DNA from: Oscillospiraceae bacterium
GTDB lineage: Bacteria; Bacillota; Clostridia; Oscillospirales; WRJC01
Assembly: GCA_009783265.1 (NCBI GenBank)
Contig: WRHM01000006.1
Coordinates: 61,232 to 125,231 of the forward strand
DNA: 64,000 nucleotides
Direction: 5' to 3'
The notes below the pieces were generated by a model. The model was not told the DNA's origin. It did not search any database and saw nothing but the letters and a program-made list of their open reading frames with translations. Shown piece after piece: positions 49,573 through 59,550 of the stretch; positions within the stretch are counted from its first letter, which is position 1, and each line of letters opens with the position of its first letter. The translations under genes and the position numbers were made by a program.

Positions 49573-50634
49573 ATGTTTAACGATCTAATAGATTTTAACG
49601 ATTTAACTCTTTTGGAATGGGAAAATCTTTTTGAGCTTGGACTTGATATTTACGACAATCCGTCAAAATACAAAAATTACTGTAAAAATAAAATTTTAGC
49701 GGCGTTATTTTATGAACCCAGCACCAGAACGAATTTTTCTTTTCAGGCCGCTATGATAAGGCTCGGAGGAAACACGATAGGCTTTTCCGGAACATCGGCT
49801 ACTTCTGTATCAAAAGGCGAAAATTTAAAAGATACTATAAAAATTGTCTCGAATTACGCCGATATAATTGTCATACGCCACCCAAACGAAGGAGCGGCTT
49901 ACGCGGCGTCGCTTTATTCAAAACTCCCCGTAATAAACGCTGGAGACGGGGGGCATCTTCACCCAACCCAAACGATGACTGATTTATTTACTATTGGCAA
50001 ACTTAAAGATAAAAAAATGACCGGGCTTGACATAGGGATCTGCGGTGATTTGCTCTACGGGCGCACCGTTCATTCGCTTCTCAAGGCTTTTTCTTTATAT
50101 TCAGATAATACTTTTTATTTTATATCTACCCCGGAATTAAGAGTCCCTGAATATTTTATATATGAACTAAGAAAAAACAATAAAATAATTATATATAAAA
50201 CAATAGAAGAATGCATAGACAAGCTTGATATAATATACATGACAAGAATCCAGCGCGAAAGATTTAAAACAGAAGAAGAATATAAAAAACAAACCGGTAT
50301 ATATATTCTCGATAAAGAAAAATTAAAAAAATCTAAAAAAGATTTGATAATACTTCACCCCCTGCCAAAAAACAACGAAATCGGTTCAGACATCGAAGAC
50401 GATCCAAGAGCGCAGTATTTCGCGCAGGCCGGATTTGGGATGTATATAAGAATGGCGCTTTTAATCAAACTTCTGGAAAAACCCAAAACGCAGATAAATA
50501 TACAGGAGATTAAAACAACCGGGAAAAAATGCGCAAATGAAAAATGCGTTACAAATACAGAAAAAAACCTGCCGGATATTATAAAAAAAATCGACGGAAA
50601 ATCATGCTGCGCCTATTGCGAAACAGAAATATAA
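49573..50634 (+). CDS. pyrB: Aspartate carbamoyltransferase with C-terminal Zn-binding extension
   Basis: FYEPSTRT, SKGE, NAGDG..HPTQ, RTVHSL, TRIQRERF, HPLP; tail CANEKC..CAYC. Confidence 0.95.
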   Translation: MFNDLIDFNDLTLLEWENLFELGLDIYDNPSKYKNYCKNKILAALFYEPSTRTNFSFQAAMIRLGGNTIGFSGTSATSVSKGENLKDTIKIVSNYADIIVIRHPNEGAAYAASLYSKLPVINAGDGGHLHPTQTMTDLFTIGKLKDKKMTGLDIGICGDLLYGRTVHSLLKAFSLYSDNTFYFISTPELRVPEYFIYELRKNNKIIIYKTIEECIDKLDIIYMTRIQRERFKTEEEYKKQTGIYILDKEKLKKSKKDLIILHPLPKNNEIGSDIEDDPRAQYFAQAGFGMYIRMALLIKLLEKPKTQINIQEIKTTGKKCANEKCVTNTEKNLPDIIKKIDGKSCCAYCETEI

Positions 50635-50778
50635 ATTTAATTTATAAATCCGACAAAATAATAAAAAATTTTTGTATTTATTACACAAATTTTATATTAT
50701 GCTATTGATATTTGTTTTTACTTTATGTATAATATAACTAATATAATAATAGATAAATTTTATAAAGGGAGTTAATTT

Positions 50779-51291
50779 ATGGATATAAAAAGCAAAATCC
50801 GGCATATAAAAAATTTCCCGAAACCCGGGATAGATTTTCTCGATATAACGCCGTTATTGCTTGATAAAGATACTTTTAAATATATAATAAATAAATTATC
50901 TGAAGTTTTAAAGGAAATTGATTTTGATATAATTGCCTGTTCTGAAGCGAGGGGGTTTATATTCGGCGCGCCCGTTGCGTACGCGTTAAATAAAGGATTT
51001 GTGCCTATCAGAAAAAAAGATAAGCTTCCGGGTGATAAAATAAGCGTGAAATATGATCTTGAGTACGGATTTGATATTCTGGAGATGCACTCGGACGCTA
51101 TAAAGCCGGGACAAAAAGTTGTTATTGTAGATGATATTCTCGCAACGGGGGGAACTATTGCGGCTAATGTGAAATTAATCGAAAAATTAGGCGGGGAAGT
51201 CGTTAAAATTTTATTTTTAATTGAACTGGGATTTTTGAACGGGCGGGAAAAATTGCAGGGTTATGATATTTGCTCGCTGATAAAAGAATAG
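50779..51291 (+). CDS. apt: Adenine phosphoribosyltransferase
   Basis: FPKPGI.F.DIT, EARGFIFG, RKKDKLP, LEYG, VDDILATGGT. Confidence 0.96.
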   Translation: MDIKSKIRHIKNFPKPGIDFLDITPLLLDKDTFKYIINKLSEVLKEIDFDIIACSEARGFIFGAPVAYALNKGFVPIRKKDKLPGDKISVKYDLEYGFDILEMHSDAIKPGQKVVIVDDILATGGTIAANVKLIEKLGGEVVKILFLIELGFLNGREKLQGYDICSLIKE

Positions 51292-51396
51292 ATTCGCCCG
51301 CTTGTCATTATGAGCGAAGCGAAAAATTTTTGTTTTGTATTTAAAATATTTTTAAAATATATTAAATAAAAAAATTATTTTAGGAGGGAAAAAATC

Positions 51397-52749
51397 TTGG
51401 ATAAGTTTTTTAAACTTAAAGAAAAAGGCACTAACGTCAAAACTGAAATCATCGCCGGAATAACGACATTTGCGACCATGGCGTATATACTGGCAGTCAA
51501 CGCGAATATCCTCGGAGCCGCAGGACTTGACGAGGGCGCGGTATTTGTAGCGACGGCTCTCGCGTCTGTTATCGGGACTGTGGCTATGGCGTTACTGGCA
51601 AATCTGCCGTTTGCGATGGCTCCCGGAATGGGTCTGAACGCTTTCTTTGCTTTCAGCGTTGTCATAGGCATGGGATTCAGCCCGCAGTTTGCGCTTGCCG
51701 CAGTTTTAACCGAAGGATTAATTTTTATTATTTTAAGCGTGACAGGAATAAGAAAAGCTATATTTAACGCTATCCCATTGACTTTAAAATATGCGGTCGG
51801 CGCGGGCATAGGGCTTTTTATTATTTTTATCGGCTTACAGAATGCCGGTATAGTTATCGGAAGCCCGGCGACTTTAGTGGAAATGGGCAGCATAAAATCA
51901 GCCGCTCCAGCTCTTGCGCTTATAGGCGTAGTGATAACGCTTGTATTAATGCTCAGAAAAGTAAAAGGAGCGTTGCTTATAGGCATTTTCGCGACATGGC
52001 TTCTCGGCATAATCGCTCAGCTTGCGGGATGGTATGTCATAGATCCGGCTATAGGCGCTTATGACTTGATTCCGGCTAAAATAGTGGATTTGCCTCCGTC
52101 TTTGATGCCTACGCTCGGCAAATGCTTTGAAGGATTCAAAGAAATTTTTACTTCGGCTGACGGAATATTCTCGTTTTTAGCTGTTATGCTAACTTTTTTG
52201 TTCGTCGATATTTTTGACACGGTCGGAACTCTTGCCGGGGTTGCGAGCAAAGCGAAAATGCTTAACGAACAAGGTGAACTTGATAAATCCAGTCAGGCGC
52301 TTTTGGCTGACGCGATCGGCACTACTGTCGGAGCGGTTCTGGGTACTTCGACTACTACTACATATATCGAATCTGCGGCAGGCGTTCAGGAAGGCGGAAG
52401 GACTGGGCTTACAGCTATTGTAACGGCGTTTTTCTTCTTAATAAGTTTGTTATTTGCTCCTATATTTTTAACTATTCCCGGATTTGCAACGGCAACGGCT
52501 TTAGTTGTTGTCGGAATACTGATGATAGAACCTATCGGCAAATTGAAGTTTGAAGACCTTGAAGATCTTATCCCTCTTGGTATCACGATTATCTCAATGC
52601 CGGTGTTCTATTCAATATCAACAGGACTTTCGCTCGGTTTTATTTCTTATGTAGTAGTAAAAATTGCCGTTGGAAAATTCAAAGAAATAAATTGGCTCAT
52701 GTGGATATTGACCGCGATTTTCCTTGCTCAGTTAATTTTAAATAGCTGA
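51397..52749 (+). CDS. NCS2/AzgA-type purine permease
   Basis: AGITTF.TMAYI, APGMGLNAFF, DIFDTVGT, YIESAAGV.EGGRTGLTA. Confidence 0.93.
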   Translation: MDKFFKLKEKGTNVKTEIIAGITTFATMAYILAVNANILGAAGLDEGAVFVATALASVIGTVAMALLANLPFAMAPGMGLNAFFAFSVVIGMGFSPQFALAAVLTEGLIFIILSVTGIRKAIFNAIPLTLKYAVGAGIGLFIIFIGLQNAGIVIGSPATLVEMGSIKSAAPALALIGVVITLVLMLRKVKGALLIGIFATWLLGIIAQLAGWYVIDPAIGAYDLIPAKIVDLPPSLMPTLGKCFEGFKEIFTSADGIFSFLAVMLTFLFVDIFDTVGTLAGVASKAKMLNEQGELDKSSQALLADAIGTTVGAVLGTSTTTTYIESAAGVQEGGRTGLTAIVTAFFFLISLLFAPIFLTIPGFATATALVVVGILMIEPIGKLKFEDLEDLIPLGITIISMPVFYSISTGLSLGFISYVVVKIAVGKFKEINWLMWILTAIFLAQLILNS

Positions 52750-52768
52750 TTTATATAAAATAATTTTT

Positions 52769-52795
52769 GCAGGGGTAAACTTTAATGTTTACCCT
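52769..52795 (+). repeat. REP-like hairpin probably serving as terminator
   Basis: GCAG-GGGTAAAC-tttaat-GTTTACCC-T, 20 nt after the NCS2 stop. Confidence 0.55.
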
Positions 52796-52915
52796 TTAAC
52801 TTTTTTATGATATAATGTCTCTTTAATATTATGTAGGCCTACATAAATCAATAAAGCAATAAATCAAAAATAAAAGCGAGGGTGAACCGTAATTTTTGAA
52901 CAGGATAATTTTAAA

Positions 52916-54217
52916 TTGGAATATGAAAGAATTGTCTTGACATATAATAAAAAATTATTTTTATACATAATAAAAATGCTGTGCAACAATAAAGACCACG
53001 CCGAAGAAATAACTCAGGAGACTTTATTGACGGGATATAAATATTTCGGAAGCCTCAACGACAGGCAAAAAGTTTTTCCATGGTTAAAAACAATAGCGAA
53101 AAGAATTTATCTGCGCAGGTTTTACAGAAATAAAAATTATGATTCTGTTATTTCTCTTGATTCTCCCGTTTTTAGTAATTTTAACGAATTTGATTTAAGT
53201 ATCGCAGACACGATTATCGACGATAGCGCAGATATTGCCGGAGATTACGAACAAAGCGAATTATGCGGTTATATCCTGAGCGAAATTGAAAATCTCTCGC
53301 AAAAGCAAAGAAATTCTGTTATACTTCGTCATTTTTACGGCTATTCTGTAAAAGAAACTGCTGATTTGCTAAAAATGACAGATAACAGCGTTAAAGTTTC
53401 TTCGCATATCGGACTTGAAAAAGTAAAAGAACGGTTAAAAAATTATTTTATTAAAGGAGATTATATCATGAATTGCAAAGAAGTATACGCGTATTTGTTT
53501 CAATACGCAAAAAATAAGATTTCAGGACATGAAAAAGAAGAAGTCGAAAAGCATATAAATATATGCAAAGATTGCCGGGATATAACTCAGTCTCTGGCAG
53601 AACTGACAAAATATATTTCCCCGGCTCAGGAAAAAGAACACAGGAATTATGTCGTGCATTTTCAGTTGCCTGAATTTTCGCTCGAATATGTCACTGTAAA
53701 CATGGAAGTTGAAAATTATCAGGAAATAAACGCAAAAATCGAAGAATGGGAAGGAGAGATACCGTTTGACAGTATATATCTCAGGTATCCGGGATTTAAT
53801 TTTGCTTTTACACAGGCAGATTTCACAAGGGAAATGTTAGCCGAATTCGGAGATAACGGGTTCAGGCTGCCTTTTGAAGAAATTGAACGCGACGATAATT
53901 TTGTAAAATACCGTTATACAAAAATGAACAAGATAAACAATCCCCATGAACTGGCGATTGTTTATAAATCAAACGAAAAAAAATTAAAGCCGTCGGTTGA
54001 ACATCCGGATTTAATATACGGATACGGCCAAAATTGGGCGAGAAGAGAATGCGGCGGGAAAATCGGGGTATATCTTGCAATCCCGTCAAACGCAAAAAAT
54101 CTGAGAATCAAACAGGGCGATAGTGTTGCCGATTGCGGAGCGTATAAATTTATATGCGCTGACAGGCATGTGCTATATAACGAGCATGTAACTGTAAATT
54201 GTTCATATATTAAATAA
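52916..54217 (+). CDS. ECF sigma factor fused in frame to a zinc anti-sigma-like domain
   Basis: AEEITQET..WLKTIA, region 4 YSVKETA; then MNC..HINICKDC (HxxxCxxC) and a soluble C-terminal domain. Confidence 0.85.
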   Translation: MEYERIVLTYNKKLFLYIIKMLCNNKDHAEEITQETLLTGYKYFGSLNDRQKVFPWLKTIAKRIYLRRFYRNKNYDSVISLDSPVFSNFNEFDLSIADTIIDDSADIAGDYEQSELCGYILSEIENLSQKQRNSVILRHFYGYSVKETADLLKMTDNSVKVSSHIGLEKVKERLKNYFIKGDYIMNCKEVYAYLFQYAKNKISGHEKEEVEKHINICKDCRDITQSLAELTKYISPAQEKEHRNYVVHFQLPEFSLEYVTVNMEVENYQEINAKIEEWEGEIPFDSIYLRYPGFNFAFTQADFTREMLAEFGDNGFRLPFEEIERDDNFVKYRYTKMNKINNPHELAIVYKSNEKKLKPSVEHPDLIYGYGQNWARRECGGKIGVYLAIPSNAKNLRIKQGDSVADCGAYKFICADRHVLYNEHVTVNCSYIK

Positions 54218-54249
54218 ATAATAATACGAGACAAGGATTTAGTGAATTT

Positions 54250-54271
54250 GTAGGGGCGGGTTATCCCGCCC
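54250..54271 (+). repeat. REP-like hairpin
   Basis: GTAG-GGGCGGG-ttat-CCCGCCC. Confidence 0.7.
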
Positions 54272-54354
54272 TTGAACCCGTTTAATAATTATCTTAATTA
54301 TTAGATAAAATATTATATATTTTCTAAAAATTAATAAAGCGTTCGGGTTAAATA

Positions 54355-54388
54355 TGACGTACTGTTGTCAGATTAAAAATGGTATAAT
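54355..54388 (+). promoter_or_regulatory. Promoter with TGAC-N8-GTCA palindrome at the -35 position
   Basis: TGACgtactgttGTCA (54355-54370) and extended -10 TGgTATAAT (54380-54388). Confidence 0.6.
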
Positions 54389-54427
54389 TTATATATGTAA
54401 AAATTATATTTTGGGAGGTATATAGAA

Positions 54428-54793
54428 ATGTACAGATCGATGATGCAGGTTTACGTCAAAGAAAGCAATAAAGCGCTGGAATTTTATCAGAAAGCATTTG
54501 ACGCTAAACTATTGTGTAAGTATATCAGCGAAAAAGACGGAACGGTTGAACACTCCGAACTTGATATTTACGGACAGATTTTTGCGGTGAGCGAGCAAAA
54601 CGATAATGAAATAATTACGGGAAATACTATGCAGTTCTGTTTGCATTTTGGGGAAGGGAAAGAATCTGAGGTTCAAAAGGCGTTTGACGTTCTGAAAGAG
54701 GGAGCTAAAATTATTTGCAGTCATTGCGATTATAGTCCTTTAATGTGGGATTTGATAGATAAATATGGAGTGAGATGGTGTATTTTTGTATAG
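54428..54793 (+). CDS. VOC (glyoxalase/PhnB-like) protein
   Basis: ALEFYQKAF..HSEL..L.EGA..DKYGVRW. Confidence 0.85.
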   Translation: MYRSMMQVYVKESNKALEFYQKAFDAKLLCKYISEKDGTVEHSELDIYGQIFAVSEQNDNEIITGNTMQFCLHFGEGKESEVQKAFDVLKEGAKIICSHCDYSPLMWDLIDKYGVRWCIFV

Positions 54794-54818
54794 AGATAAA
54801 GAGAGGTGAATAAATTAT

Positions 54819-55421
54819 ATGAATCCGTATGAACTTATGATAAATACTAATAATTATCTTATTAAAGGCGGCGAATTGACAGAATCGCAGAAAAATAATA
54901 TCGTGAATCAATTTCTTAACGCGAGAAGCGACGAACGCACAAAACAAAATTTTCATAAATCTATGGGCGGAGCGATGTACCCTCAATATTTTATTCCTCC
55001 GTATAATAACGGCAAAAAATTCCAGACAGTTATACCGATGTCGCCCAAAACACATATTTTATCCGCGAACGCTTACGAGCTCGAAATACTTAGACTTCTC
55101 GCATTGTTCGCGCCAGATAATTCCGAAGTAAAAGATATGATAGAGAAAACTCTTGCGCGTCTTAAAAAGACATGCTTTGGTTATCAGAGCTGTCATATCG
55201 GCGAATGTTTTCATTCGGGATTGATCGTTTTAAGATTTCTTGCCGCAGTCAGACCGGACGATACTGCATGGATTAAAAAATTAATCGCGTTATATAAAAA
55301 TCATGCCGGCGATACGAAGAGACATTCGGGAGTTCAAAAATATTATATGTTATGTTTATCGGAATTGCCCGAAGAATTCGCCGACCCCGAAGAAAATAGG
55401 CAAATAAGATTTGCCGTGTAA
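54819..55421 (+). CDS. Hypothetical protein
   Basis: GAGGTG RBS, co-oriented in operon; no catalytic motif recognised. Confidence 0.7.
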   Translation: MNPYELMINTNNYLIKGGELTESQKNNIVNQFLNARSDERTKQNFHKSMGGAMYPQYFIPPYNNGKKFQTVIPMSPKTHILSANAYELEILRLLALFAPDNSEVKDMIEKTLARLKKTCFGYQSCHIGECFHSGLIVLRFLAAVRPDDTAWIKKLIALYKNHAGDTKRHSGVQKYYMLCLSELPEEFADPEENRQIRFAV

Positions 55422-55453
55422 AAAAATTATATATAAATAAGGAGATATAAAAA

Positions 55454-55894
55454 ATGGAAAACGTTCGTGTTTATGAAATGCCGCCATGTAAAATGGTCGC
55501 GTCGCAAAGCGGTATGTTCGGCGACGGGAAACTTGAAGTGTTTTCAGAATGGTTCGGCTCTTTGCCGATAACGATGTTCCCGAAAGATTATTTATGGTAT
55601 GATAAAGATAAGGGAGGCTTTGCATGGTATTATATGTATGACGAGAGCATGACCGTGCCGAATGATTTTAATATAATAGATTTCCCCGGAGGATTATATT
55701 TGGTCGCGACAGATATAGACGGACAGGATAATACGGAAGCGATGAATGCAATTAAAAATTTTATCAAAGAAAAAGGCTGTTTTGAAATAGATAAATCCAG
55801 AAAAGAATTAGGAAATATAATAACCTCGCCGTCAGCGTATAAAGTTATGGGATATAATCAAATGGATTATTATGTACCGGTAAAAATAAAATAA
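55454..55894 (+). CDS. GyrI-like small-molecule-binding domain protein
   Basis: VRVYEMPPCKMVAS, IIDFPGGLYLVA, QMDYYVPVK. Confidence 0.7.
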   Translation: MENVRVYEMPPCKMVASQSGMFGDGKLEVFSEWFGSLPITMFPKDYLWYDKDKGGFAWYYMYDESMTVPNDFNIIDFPGGLYLVATDIDGQDNTEAMNAIKNFIKEKGCFEIDKSRKELGNIITSPSAYKVMGYNQMDYYVPVKIK

Positions 55895-55918
55895 ATAAGG
55901 AGATAGATAAATTAATTT

Positions 55919-58795
55919 ATGGAAGTAAGAACCGAAATAGAAATCATCGGAGCAAAACAGAATAACTTGAAAAATATCTCAGTAAATATTCCAAGGGATA
56001 AATTAACAGTAATAACCGGAGTTTCAGGCTCCGGTAAGTCATCTCTTGCCTTTGATATTGTCTACGGCGAAGCGCAGAGGAGATTTCTCGAATCTATATC
56101 AAATTTTGCGAAGAGCAGGATAAATCAGGTCAAGAAAGCGAAAGTCGATTATGTCAGGGGATTATCCCCGGTTATCGCGATCGAGCAAAAAAAAGGCAAT
56201 TCAAATCCCAGATCGACTGTCGGCACAGTCACGGACATCAATGATTATTTAAGGTTGTTATACGCGACGGCCGGGATAGGAAAATGCCCGGTTTGCTCGC
56301 ACCCGTTAAGGCAAATATCAGCCGCGCAGATAGCTGAGCGCACGTCTACATGTCTTGAACCCGGCACGGTAATCGAGCTTCGCGCGCCGATTTTTAAAAT
56401 TTACGGCGAGGACTGGACTTTTCTTCTCGATAAAATCAGGGGAAAAGGGTATAAATATCTTGTCGTCGACGGCGAGCCTTTTAATCTGGCGGATAAAAAA
56501 ACGCTTGATGAAGACAAAAATTATAATATCGAAGTTATACTCGACACTTTTACTATAAGCCCGAATATATATAATCAAATCGCGAAATCTATCGAGGCCG
56601 CGATGATTTCTCTGGACGAGGATATATCTATAAAAGTCGAAGTGACAAAAGGGAAAATCCCGAAAGATTTTTATAAAAATTTTGAGTGCTGCCCGGAACA
56701 TCATTTTATTTTATGCGAGCTTCAGGCGTTTCATTTTTCGTTTAATGTTATGTCAAACGCTTGTCATACATGCTTGGGAATCGGCAAATCTCATGTTGTC
56801 GAGCCGAGATTTTTGATTGTTGCGCCGGAAAGAAGCATCATGAGGGGCGGGTTAAAAAACATGATTTTTAATCCCAACGGCAAAGACAGTTACAGGTCGG
56901 CTATTATATACAGCGTAGCGAAACATTACGGGTTCAGTCTTGATACCCCGATAAACGAATTGCCAAAAGAAGCGATGGACGCTATATTTTACGGCAGCAA
57001 AGGCGAGGAAATAGAATGGCTCCAGCCTCCGTTTTCAAAAAGGCGCAACTGGATAGTCGGCAGAAAATGGGCTTATGGCGGCATAGTCAATGATATAATG
57101 CACTGGTACAGAAATTTTGTGAGAAACTCTGCAAAAGAACAAAGCTATGAACCCGGTTTTATAAACGAAGTAATGATAGAAAAAATATGCCCCGAATGCA
57201 ACGGATCAAGACTTAGAAAACAAAGGCTGAATATTACGATAGACGGGAAAAACATAGACGATCTTTCGAGAATGCAGCTGCCTGATTTGCTTGAATTTTT
57301 AAGCGGTTTGACGTTTGACATAACTGTCGAGGAAGTCGCCAAAAGCATTATCAACGAATTATGTTCGAGATTATCTCTTTTAATCGAGATAGGGCTGCAT
57401 TATTTGTCTCTTGGTAGACGCAGCGATACTATATCGGGCGGCGAAATGCAGAGGATAAAAATGTCAACACAGATTTCAAGCGAATTGATGGGAATGTTAT
57501 ATATAATGGACGAGCCGAGTATAGGGCTTCACGCGAGAGATTCTATCAGGGTTATCCAGACAATGAAAAAACTGCGCGACCTGGGCAACACGGTTATAGT
57601 GGTCGAACATGATATAGAGACTATGAAAAACGCGGATTATATGATCGAGATAGGCCCCGGCCCGGGGATTCACGGCGGCAATATAATCGCATACGGGACA
57701 TGCGACGATATAACAAAATGCGAAGAATCCGAAACAGGGCAGTATTTGTCGGGCAAAAAGTCGATAATGGCTCCCAAAAAGAGAAGACCGGGAAACGATA
57801 ATTATCTGTCTGTGTACGGGGCAAAAGAAAATAATTTAAAAAATGTTGACGTGGAGATCCCATTGGGGACGTTTATATGCGTGACAGGCGTTTCAGGCTC
57901 AGGAAAAAGCACGCTGATAAACGAAGTATTATTCAAACAGCTTGAAATAATAAAAAAAGGCGCGAGGATAGTCGCGGGGGAACATGATCATATACTGGGG
58001 ATAGAGAATGTAACGAATGTAATAAATATCGACCAGTCGCCGATAGGGCGGGGGAGTAAATCAAACCCCGCGACATATATCGGGATTTACGACAGGATAA
58101 GGGAAATTTACGCGTCAACCGAAGAGGCGATAAAAAGAGGCTATAGGGCTTTGGATTTTTCTCTAAAACACGCAGGGGGAATAAGGTGCGAGCATTGTGC
58201 GGGCGACGGGATACTTATAACTAACCTGCAATTCATGGCTGATATAGAGACCGCGTGTCCCGTATGCAAAGGCGAGAGATTTTCAAAAGAAGGGCTTGAG
58301 ATTACATATAAAGGCAAAAGCATAGCCGACGTTTTGAACATGACAACTGAAGAAGCGCTTGAATTTTTCAGCGATGTAAATTATTTAAGGCATAAACTCG
58401 GCATAATGAACGAATTAGGTCTGGGATATATAACTCTGGGGCAAAGTTCAAATACTTTATCGGGCGGCGAAGCGCAGAGGGTGAAACTGGCTTATGAACT
58501 CGCCAAAATCAAAAGGGGAATGCATAATTTATATATTTTGGACGAACCAACGACGGGATTGCATTTGTATGATATTCAAAAATTATTATATTGCTTAAAT
58601 AAATTAGTAGATAACGGGCATACGGTTATAGTTATAGAACATCATTTAGACGTGATAAAATCAGCGGATTATGTCATAGATTTAGGGCCTGAGGGGGGAA
58701 ACTACGGCGGATATGTCGTAGCCGCCGGAACTCCTGAAGATATAACAAAATGCGAAAAATCTTACACGGGGAAATATTTGAAAGAGGTATTGTAG
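55919..58795 (+). CDS. uvrA: UvrA-family excinuclease subunit (divergent, probable paralog)
   Basis: Two GVSGSGKS Walker A motifs, NPRSTVGT, Zn fingers, SGGE.QR twice, DEPSIGLH/DEPTTGLH. Confidence 0.9.
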   Translation: MEVRTEIEIIGAKQNNLKNISVNIPRDKLTVITGVSGSGKSSLAFDIVYGEAQRRFLESISNFAKSRINQVKKAKVDYVRGLSPVIAIEQKKGNSNPRSTVGTVTDINDYLRLLYATAGIGKCPVCSHPLRQISAAQIAERTSTCLEPGTVIELRAPIFKIYGEDWTFLLDKIRGKGYKYLVVDGEPFNLADKKTLDEDKNYNIEVILDTFTISPNIYNQIAKSIEAAMISLDEDISIKVEVTKGKIPKDFYKNFECCPEHHFILCELQAFHFSFNVMSNACHTCLGIGKSHVVEPRFLIVAPERSIMRGGLKNMIFNPNGKDSYRSAIIYSVAKHYGFSLDTPINELPKEAMDAIFYGSKGEEIEWLQPPFSKRRNWIVGRKWAYGGIVNDIMHWYRNFVRNSAKEQSYEPGFINEVMIEKICPECNGSRLRKQRLNITIDGKNIDDLSRMQLPDLLEFLSGLTFDITVEEVAKSIINELCSRLSLLIEIGLHYLSLGRRSDTISGGEMQRIKMSTQISSELMGMLYIMDEPSIGLHARDSIRVIQTMKKLRDLGNTVIVVEHDIETMKNADYMIEIGPGPGIHGGNIIAYGTCDDITKCEESETGQYLSGKKSIMAPKKRRPGNDNYLSVYGAKENNLKNVDVEIPLGTFICVTGVSGSGKSTLINEVLFKQLEIIKKGARIVAGEHDHILGIENVTNVINIDQSPIGRGSKSNPATYIGIYDRIREIYASTEEAIKRGYRALDFSLKHAGGIRCEHCAGDGILITNLQFMADIETACPVCKGERFSKEGLEITYKGKSIADVLNMTTEEALEFFSDVNYLRHKLGIMNELGLGYITLGQSSNTLSGGEAQRVKLAYELAKIKRGMHNLYILDEPTTGLHLYDIQKLLYCLNKLVDNGHTVIVIEHHLDVIKSADYVIDLGPEGGNYGGYVVAAGTPEDITKCEKSYTGKYLKEVL

Positions 58796-58819
58796 GAAAA
58801 TAGAAGGAGGCTGATTAAC

Positions 58820-59533
58820 TTGAATAATTTTATAAAAGTGGATGGCGGCATATTTTTTCGCAAGGGCGATTATCAGGTAAAAAAAGGGATTAGTTTTGAA
58901 AAAATTAAAGTAAAAGTAAATGATTTTTATATTGACGATTTTGTTATTACGCAAGGCGACTGGAATCAGGTTATGGATTATAATCCATCGCGTTTTAAAA
59001 ATGACGAGTTGCCGGTTGAAACTGTCGGGTGGAATGAATCAGTTTTGTTTTGTAACAGGAAAAGTGAAAAAGATGGGTTGAAGCCTTGCTATACTATTTC
59101 GGGAGAGCATGTGGAATGTGATTTTACCGCGAACGGCTACCGTTTACCGACAGAAGCAGAATGGGAATTTGCAGCAATAGGCGGGATAAAAAGCAAAGGA
59201 TACCGTTATGCTGGCAGCGATATTCTTGACGAAGTGGCATGGTACAGTAAAAACGCCGAAAAAACAACGCACCCAAGAGGGCAAAAGTTAGCGAATGAGT
59301 TAGGATTATATGATATGTGCGGCAATGTTTTTGAGTGGTGCTGGGACTGGTTCGATAAATTTGACTGTGATTATATGGATAATCCAACCGGTCCGGTTAA
59401 AGGAAAAATGAAAGTTTCCAGAGGAAATAATTGGGTAAACGGAGAAAGCGTCAGCGAATTAAACAGACGCGCCCATCGCGACCCGTATGGTACTTCAGAC
59501 CATCAGGGATTCAGGATAGCGCGAACAAAATAA
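58820..59533 (+). CDS. FGE-sulfatase (SUMF1-like) domain protein
   Basis: PVETV.W, GYRLPTEAEWEFAA, NELGLYDM.GNV.EWCWD, GFR. Confidence 0.88.
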   Translation: MNNFIKVDGGIFFRKGDYQVKKGISFEKIKVKVNDFYIDDFVITQGDWNQVMDYNPSRFKNDELPVETVGWNESVLFCNRKSEKDGLKPCYTISGEHVECDFTANGYRLPTEAEWEFAAIGGIKSKGYRYAGSDILDEVAWYSKNAEKTTHPRGQKLANELGLYDMCGNVFEWCWDWFDKFDCDYMDNPTGPVKGKMKVSRGNNWVNGESVSELNRRAHRDPYGTSDHQGFRIARTK

Positions 59534-59550
59534 ATAAGGAGAAAAAATAT

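Noticed and set aside
50640-51396. Purine riboswitch before apt or the NCS2 permease
   Set aside because: No recognisable aptamer core; the gaps are short and AT-rich.
58820-59533. FGE-domain protein as maturase of the sulfatase at 33400
   Set aside because: The catalytic Cys pair of true formylglycine-generating enzymes is not evident, and the genes are unlinked.
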